A stretch of DNA of 64,000 nucleotides from positions 5,787-69,786 of the forward strand of contig JAVCCC010000032.1 of assembly GCA_030765785.1 (NCBI GenBank), read 5' to 3'. How positions within the stretch are numbered: position 1 is the stretch's first letter; each line of letters opens with the position of its first letter. Below the pieces are notes generated by a model. It saw only the letters and a program-made list of their open reading frames with translations, did not search any database and had not been told where the DNA came from. This DNA comes from Candidatus Aceula lacicola. Lineage in GTDB: Bacteria; Omnitrophota; Gorgyraeia; Zapsychrales; Aceulaceae. A program made the translations under genes and the position numbers. Of this stretch, positions 58,560 to 64,000 are shown piece by piece.

Positions 58560-58916
58560 ATGATGGTTACAAACATTGGACAAACAATAAAAAATGTTGA
58601 GAGTAAGTACAAGAAAGATTTACCAGATTTTACTGTAGGCGATACAGTAAAAATGATGATCAAGGTAGAAGAGGGAGATAAGGTTCGTCGTCATCCATTT
58701 GAAGGAACTGTAATTCGAAAAACAGGCCGCGGCGTTAAAGGAACATTTACGTTACGAAAGATTTCTTTTGGAGAAGGCGTTGAAAGAACATTTCCGTTAA
58801 ATTCACCTCTGATTGAAGATTTAAAGGTTTTACGAAAAGGTGTTAATAAGCGCGCGAAATTGTATTATTTAAGAGGTCGCGTTGGAAAATCTGCCCGCGT
58901 AAAAAAAGCAGAATAA
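58560..58916 (+). CDS. rplS: 50S ribosomal protein L19
   Basis: '[29 protein letters not shown]'. Confidence 0.9.
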   Translation: MMVTNIGQTIKNVESKYKKDLPDFTVGDTVKMMIKVEEGDKVRRHPFEGTVIRKTGRGVKGTFTLRKISFGEGVERTFPLNSPLIEDLKVLRKGVNKRAKLYYLRGRVGKSARVKKAE

Positions 58917-58951
58917 TTTAGTTTTTAGTTTTTCAATTCTATTGGCCTTTC

Positions 58952-59578
58952 ATGTTATCCTACGAGCGTAAAGCAAAAAAACACGGGTTTCAGACAATTG
59001 TTGGAATCGATGAAGCGGGACGTGGTCCTTTGGCCGGCCCTGTTGTTGCTTGCGCTGTTTTGCTCAAGAGTTATGACTTTGAGTCTATCATTCGAGATTC
59101 AAAGAAAATGACGCCGAAACAGAGGCAAATTGCTTATCGTGAAATTCAGGAAAAAGCTTATGTTGGCACAGGGTTAAGCGATGCAAAGCTCATTGATCAC
59201 ATCAATATTCTCAAAGCAACGTTTCATGCGATGACGCTAGCCGCTGAAGACCTTTTTTCTAAATTGCCAGAATCTAAGGCTTCAAGAAATCAGCTTCAAA
59301 AACAAACATGTTTGTTTGTTGACGGAAATGCGTTTGAAACACATCTGCCTTTTAAATATCAAGCGATTGTTCAGGGCGATTCTTTAAGTCTTTCAATTGC
59401 ATGTGCATCCATTGCTGCCAAAGTGACGCGAGATCATATGATGGAAAATTATGATAATGCGTTTCCAGGATACGAATTCAAGACACACAAAGGGTATCCG
59501 ACAGCACTTCACAAAGAAAAGATTAAAGAGCTTGGTCTTTCTCCAATTCATCGAAAAACATTTAAATATTGGAAATAG
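58952..59578 (+). CDS. rnhB: Ribonuclease HII
   Basis: 'VGIDEAGRGPLAGPVV'. Confidence 0.9.
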   Translation: MLSYERKAKKHGFQTIVGIDEAGRGPLAGPVVACAVLLKSYDFESIIRDSKKMTPKQRQIAYREIQEKAYVGTGLSDAKLIDHINILKATFHAMTLAAEDLFSKLPESKASRNQLQKQTCLFVDGNAFETHLPFKYQAIVQGDSLSLSIACASIAAKVTRDHMMENYDNAFPGYEFKTHKGYPTALHKEKIKELGLSPIHRKTFKYWK

Positions 59579-59962
59579 ATGAGCGTTAAGCGTAACCAGA
59601 TTGGCCGAGAAGGCGAAGATTTAGCTCAAGATTTCTTAATAAAAAACGGCTATAAGATTTTAGAGCGAAATTATCGCAATTCTTTAGGCGAGATTGATTT
59701 TATTGCTAAAGATAAGAATGTCACTTGCTTTGTGGAAGTTAAAACTCGGTCAAACGAAAGCAAAGGGTCGCCAATGGAGGCGGTCACATTTCAAAAGCAG
59801 CGTAAAATTTCTCAAGTTTCACTAATGTATTTGAAAAATACCAAAACGATGGATAAGGAAGCCCGTTTTGACGTTGTTTCAGTTCTAAAGCGACCCTATG
59901 ATGAGCCAGAAATTGATATTGTCAAGGACGCTTTTCCGCTGTCAGAGCCCTATGCTTATTAA
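59579..59962 (+). CDS. yraN: YraN (UPF0102) family endonuclease
   Basis: 'GEIDFIA..CFVEVKTR'. Confidence 0.75.
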   Translation: MSVKRNQIGREGEDLAQDFLIKNGYKILERNYRNSLGEIDFIAKDKNVTCFVEVKTRSNESKGSPMEAVTFQKQRKISQVSLMYLKNTKTMDKEARFDVVSVLKRPYDEPEIDIVKDAFPLSEPYAY

Positions 59963-59992
59963 ATATATATACTAATAAAACTAAGAAGATAA

Positions 59993-60021
59993 TTGCAAAA
60001 ATATTGAAATTAAGTTATTAT
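59993..60021 (+). promoter_or_regulatory. Candidate sigma70 promoter: TTGCAA, 17 nt spacer, TATTAT
   Basis: Lies in the 111-nt gap before the cyclodeaminase-folD pair. Confidence 0.3.
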
Positions 60022-60073
60022 AATCACGCATCATCTTCTATTCCTACAGGTTGCATATAATCATAGATTCGAT

Positions 60074-60559
60074 ATGACACAATATAAAAATTATTCATTA
60101 TCAAAATATTTGGACCGTCTTTCGTCAAAAGATCCTGCACCTGGAGGAGGATCTGCATCAGCTTTGGTTTCGGCAACGGGAGCAAGTCTTGTTTCGATGG
60201 TGGCTCGTTACTCTTTGGGGCGCAAGCAGCCTAAATTTGTTGAATCAAAGATTAAGAGCATTTTGAGTAAAAGCGAAAAGATTCGAAAGCGTCTATTGGT
60301 TTTAGTTGATTTGGACGCACAGGCATATCTTCAGGTTGTTAAGGTGCGCAAAGGAACAGAAGCGCAAAAAAAGAAGGCTAAGAAAAAAGCATGCGATATT
60401 CCTTTGGAGATTTGTCGACTATCCTATGCTGCGATTCAGCTAGCACCATTTTTAGTTGAAAAGGGTAATCCGTATTTGTTGAGTGATGTTAAATGTGCGA
60501 TTGAGATGCTTTTGGCTGGATTTCAATCAGCACTTGCCAATGTTGAAGCAAATCAATAG
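60074..60559 (+). CDS. Formiminotransferase-cyclodeaminase C-terminal (cyclodeaminase/cyclohydrolase) domain protein
   Basis: 'SSKDPAPGGGSASALVSATGASLVSMVARYS', an FTCD_C-like glycine-rich motif. Positioned upstream of folD. Confidence 0.55.
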   Translation: MTQYKNYSLSKYLDRLSSKDPAPGGGSASALVSATGASLVSMVARYSLGRKQPKFVESKIKSILSKSEKIRKRLLVLVDLDAQAYLQVVKVRKGTEAQKKKAKKKACDIPLEICRLSYAAIQLAPFLVEKGNPYLLSDVKCAIEMLLAGFQSALANVEANQ

Positions 60560-60577
60560 CCGTACAAAAGAGGTTTT

Positions 60578-61444
60578 ATGAGCGCACAATTATTGGACGG
60601 AAAAATTTTAGCGAAGAATTTAAAAGAAGATCTTTGTACAGAAATCGTTGGTTTAAAATCTAAGACAGGGAAGGCTCCTGTTGTGGTTAACATTATGATT
60701 GGCGATGATCATGCGGCATGTGCGTATGCAAAATCTCAACAAAAAGTTGCTGAATATATTGGCATTGATTATAGGCTTAATATTTTAGGTAAAGATATAA
60801 CTGAAGACAATCTTTCAAAGCACATAAAAGAATTAAACAGCAATCCTAAAATTAATGGCATTATGGTTCATAAGCCGGTGCCAAAACAAATTAATCATCA
60901 GACGGTATCCAATCGTATTGATATGGTAAAAGATTTAGAAGGGGTGAATGTTGGTAATGTCGGAAAAATGCTTTTAGGTCAGACGAATATTATTCCTTGT
61001 ACGCCTGCAGCAGTTATGGAACATATCAAATCAACAAAGATCGATCTAAGAGGAAAAGAAGTTGTTGTTGTTGGTCATAGCGAGATTGTTGGAAAGCCAC
61101 TTAGTCTTTTGCTCCTTCAAGAAATGGCAACTGTGACTGTGTGTCATGTTGCAACCAGCGAAGCGGGAAAATTAGTTGATCATATTGCAAGAGCTGATGT
61201 TTTGATTGTTGCTGTTGGAAAAGCAGGATTAATTAAAGGGGATTGGATTAAGCAAGGTGCTGTTGTTATCGATGTTGGTATCAATCAGGTCGGCTCAAAG
61301 ATTGTTGGCGATGTAGAATTTGATGTTGCTAAAAAGAAAGCCGCATTTATTACACCTGTTCCAGGAGGAGTTGGACCTGTTACAGTTGTTATGTTAATGA
61401 AAAACGCGATCGAAGCGTTTAAGTGTCAATTAAAGGACGGTTAA
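60578..61444 (+). CDS. folD: Bifunctional methylene-THF dehydrogenase/methenyl-THF cyclohydrolase
   Basis: 'LLDGKILAK', 'GHSEIVGKP' and 'PVPGGVGPVT'. Confidence 0.9.
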   Translation: MSAQLLDGKILAKNLKEDLCTEIVGLKSKTGKAPVVVNIMIGDDHAACAYAKSQQKVAEYIGIDYRLNILGKDITEDNLSKHIKELNSNPKINGIMVHKPVPKQINHQTVSNRIDMVKDLEGVNVGNVGKMLLGQTNIIPCTPAAVMEHIKSTKIDLRGKEVVVVGHSEIVGKPLSLLLLQEMATVTVCHVATSEAGKLVDHIARADVLIVAVGKAGLIKGDWIKQGAVVIDVGINQVGSKIVGDVEFDVAKKKAAFITPVPGGVGPVTVVMLMKNAIEAFKCQLKDG

Positions 61445-61449
61445 GATTT

Positions 61450-62790
61450 ATGAAGAAGATTGCGATAGTTGGTAATTCTTTAATGAGTATTGCAGCGATT
61501 GAAGAGATTCGTAGCGTCGATCAAGAAAGCAAGATTACTCTTTTTTGTCCTGAAGGCATTTTGCCATACGACAGAGTTCGCTTGCCATCAGTTTTGAGTG
61601 AGCAGATTTCTTTAGAAGATATTTATTGTAAGGCGCAGAGCTATTTTGATGAAAAAAGAGTAAATGTCGTTTTGAATAAGAAAATTGTTAAGGTTCATCC
61701 AAAGCGAAAGCGTGTTGTTTTTGAAGATAAAGAGCAAGAACCTTTTGATGTTTTGATGATTGAAGATTCTGGTTCTTTTGAGCCTTCAGGGGCCAAAAGC
61801 GCAAAAAAACAGGGTGTTTTTACTTTGTATGCGGTAAGTGACATTGAGGAAATTTCAAAAGCTGCTCCGCTATGTGACGTGATTGTTATTCAGCCCAATA
61901 ATCTTTTAATGCTAGAGGCTGCTGTTTATTTAAGAAAGTTTAACAAAGAAGTGATTGTTGTTTGCTCTGATGATTCGTTGCTTTCTAGTGTCGTTGGTAA
62001 AAGTGCGGGCGATTTTTTAGCAAAACGTTTAAGGGAATTTGGAATTCGTGTTATCTTAAACAATGCAATTGCTGAAGTTTTAGGTGAATCTGAAGCGAAG
62101 GCTATCCGGCTGAAGACCGGAAAAGTTTTGGAAAGCCAAGTTATTATTTTAGGAGAGGTCAAAAAGAATTTATTGCTTTTGTCTATTGATGAGACTTTAG
62201 TTGAGCGAAATGATTTTTATACAAAATTTGAAGACATTTTCATTAACAGCGCAATTGAAATTTTGAGCAAGGAACAAGCAGTAGAAGATGTTAAGGCATC
62301 AGATCTTTCCCTTGGCGATAAAGGAAAGATGGTAGGAGCTGCGGTTACAGGTCATCAACAATCGTATCAGCAGGCATTTAAAAAAGTTATTTTTAGTTTA
62401 GGTGATTTAAAGGGTTGTGTCTTGGGCAGTCTAGAAAATGAGAATGCCATTGAGTATGAGCGAATTGATAGGCCTAGCAAGACTTATAAGAAAATCTTTG
62501 TTGCTGATAATGTGATTACAGGGGCGGTATTGATCAACCTTGATCAGGAAGTTGCCCAAATAGAGGATGTTGTGAAAAATAAAATTAATATTTCACAATT
62601 ATCCAGTCATGTATTAGAATTAGATCAGAGCAACGAACCGGCTCAACAAAATTCTTTTCAATCTAATTCTTTACTAGAAACAGAACAAATTCCTGCTGTG
62701 GATAAACAGCAGAATCCTGTTGATATGGTAGCGTCAAGCGATATTTCTGAAGTTCGGATTGAAGACAGTGCGCCTAGCGCAGAGTATTAA
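61450..62790 (+). CDS. Pyridine-nucleotide-disulfide-oxidoreductase-like protein with both dinucleotide-binding Gly motifs degenerate (likely non-catalytic) and a Q/S-rich C-terminal tail
   Basis: Fold-level resemblance to the NADH oxidase/CoA-disulfide reductase family. 'KIAIVGNSLMSIAA' replaces 'VIVGGGAAGL..', 'VIVIQPNNLLMLEAA' replaces the second GxGxxG, and 'GVFTLYAVSD' resembles 'GVFTLRTLED'. Confidence 0.4.
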   Translation: MKKIAIVGNSLMSIAAIEEIRSVDQESKITLFCPEGILPYDRVRLPSVLSEQISLEDIYCKAQSYFDEKRVNVVLNKKIVKVHPKRKRVVFEDKEQEPFDVLMIEDSGSFEPSGAKSAKKQGVFTLYAVSDIEEISKAAPLCDVIVIQPNNLLMLEAAVYLRKFNKEVIVVCSDDSLLSSVVGKSAGDFLAKRLREFGIRVILNNAIAEVLGESEAKAIRLKTGKVLESQVIILGEVKKNLLLLSIDETLVERNDFYTKFEDIFINSAIEILSKEQAVEDVKASDLSLGDKGKMVGAAVTGHQQSYQQAFKKVIFSLGDLKGCVLGSLENENAIEYERIDRPSKTYKKIFVADNVITGAVLINLDQEVAQIEDVVKNKINISQLSSHVLELDQSNEPAQQNSFQSNSLLETEQIPAVDKQQNPVDMVASSDISEVRIEDSAPSAEY

Positions 62791-62804
62791 AAAAACTTGT
62801 CAAA

Positions 62805-63671
62805 ATGACGAAAATATACTATTCTATGTATAAACAAGTATCTTTTATGAGAATCTTTTCTTTAGCCCTTATCCTATTTTTAATTCCTATTATTTCTCAA
62901 ACACAAGCGTTTGGCGGTACTAACGAAAAGTTTGAGAAATACCGTATGCGAGGTCTTATGGCCCAGCAGGAAGGACTACTTCAAGAGTCTCTTGAATATT
63001 ATAGGAAAGCTTTGAAAATTGATTCAACGACTCCAGAAATTTATAATGATATTGGTATTGTTAGCGAGCGCATGGGTGATTTGTATGAAGCAAAGCGTAA
63101 TTATTTTAAGGCGCTCGAAATTAATGAAAATTATCTTCCTGCATATTCAAATCTTGCTTATTTGTATAAAAAGCAAGGAGATTTTATAACAGCGATTGAA
63201 TATTTTAAGAAACGTATGAAATTAGGCGGCCCAAAGGATCCTTGGACGCAGGAAGCCGGTGATCAGCTAAGGTATTTAAGTGAGTTTTCACCTGAGCTAA
63301 AGAAGTGGATTATGGCCATTGAGACAGACATGCTTTCAAAAGAAGTCAAAGAGGTATCTAATGTTTTGGCTGAAGTTGAAAAGAAGAAGTTTGACAAACA
63401 AGTTGCGGATGTAAAGAAGTATGTCGATCAGGCACAATCATATGAAGAAGAGGGCCTTTATAAAGCTGCCCTTGCAGAATGTGACAGAGCTTTATCTCTT
63501 GTCCCAGAGAATGCTAAGCTTGTAGAGTACCGAAAGAATATTGTTTTTAAAATAAAAGCGGAGGAGATCAGAAGCAGAGTCAATACAGCATTAAAAAAGT
63601 TAGAATCCGGAGATACCGATTCCTCAAGAGAAGACTTTCGCACGATACTTACCATTATTCCAAGCGAGTAA
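62805..63671 (+). CDS. TPR-repeat protein with an N-terminal signal/anchor
   Basis: 'YYRKALKIDSTTPEIYNDIGIV', 'YFKALEINENYLPAYSNLAYLY' and 'GDFITAIEYFKKRMKLG' repeats. Confidence 0.7.
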   Translation: MTKIYYSMYKQVSFMRIFSLALILFLIPIISQTQAFGGTNEKFEKYRMRGLMAQQEGLLQESLEYYRKALKIDSTTPEIYNDIGIVSERMGDLYEAKRNYFKALEINENYLPAYSNLAYLYKKQGDFITAIEYFKKRMKLGGPKDPWTQEAGDQLRYLSEFSPELKKWIMAIETDMLSKEVKEVSNVLAEVEKKKFDKQVADVKKYVDQAQSYEEEGLYKAALAECDRALSLVPENAKLVEYRKNIVFKIKAEEIRSRVNTALKKLESGDTDSSREDFRTILTIIPSE

Positions 63672-63730
63672 ATCAATTTTTCTAAGAAAATAAGATATTA
63701 AATAAATCATCATCATAAAGTTTTAACAAG

Positions 63731-64000
63731 ATGCCAAAACCTCGTCTCTTTTTAATTGATGCGCATGCGCTTTGCTATCGATCTTTTTTTGCGATCAAGA
63801 GCTTGGCGACAAGTTATGGTCAGCCAACCAATGCTGTCGTTGGGTTTTTAAATACGCTGAAAAAGATTTTAAAGGACTATAAGCCAGAATATATTGCTGC
63901 GTGTTTTGACGTTGGGAAAAAGACGCATCGTCAGGAAAAGTTTTCTGAATATAAGGTAAATCGTCCATCGATGCCAGATGATTTGATTAGCCAGATTCCT
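63731..64000 (+). CDS. polA: DNA polymerase I, N-terminal 5'-3' exonuclease domain (3'-truncated by the window)
   Basis: 'PRLFLIDAHALCYRSFFA' and 'GQPTNAVVGFLN'. Confidence 0.8.
   Translation, partial: MPKPRLFLIDAHALCYRSFFAIKSLATSYGQPTNAVVGFLNTLKKILKDYKPEYIAACFDVGKKTHRQEKFSEYKVNRPSMPDDLISQIP

Overview
The window is a low-GC bacterial chromosomal segment, with every call on the + strand and many 4-nt ATGA start/stop overlaps, which suggests long operons. I found no rRNA, tRNA or CRISPR arrays. Content falls into three parts. (i) Two adjacent giant genes (1..4202, 5'-truncated by the window edge; 4558..9246, with a signal peptide) share a conserved N-terminal domain and a conserved C-terminal tail of about 65 aa. 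Their central cargo differs. Gene 1 carries a PPDK/PEP-synthase-type ATP-grasp domain plus a swivelling phosphohistidine domain, but no PEP/pyruvate barrel. Gene 2 carries an Ste24/HtpX-like HELGHW motif in a hydrophobic segment, two further TM helices, and an apparently intact but circularly permuted enolase (TIM barrel first, N-domain second). This pair is the most unusual content in the window. (ii) A large LPS inner-core/lipid A/Kdo cluster: waaA, lpxK, an LpxL-family acyltransferase fused to a DUF1022-like domain, a GT4-GT9 fusion, a GT4, three GT9 heptosyltransferases, then an hldE kinase-only gene, kdsB, kdsA, kdsD, kdsC, lptC/A-like and lptB. The cluster is split by an island carrying PilZ, a receiver-only regulator, a membrane protein and two tandem signal-peptide serpins with divergent reactive-centre loops. 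(iii) Housekeeping genes: aroK, dprA, topA, xerC/D, a PPIase-less trigger factor, clpP, serA-like, purA, uppS-cdsA-dxr-rseP, an orphan CpaF-like ATPase, an INS-less proS, rimP-nusA-infB, trpS, scpA, ruvB, spoIID-like, queA, tgt, trmD, rplS, rnhB, yraN, an FtcD-like cyclodeaminase, folD, a degenerate FAD/NAD oxidoreductase-like protein, a TPR protein and the 5' end of polA. All homology calls were made by eye, comparing the provided translations with remembered family motifs; no searches were run.
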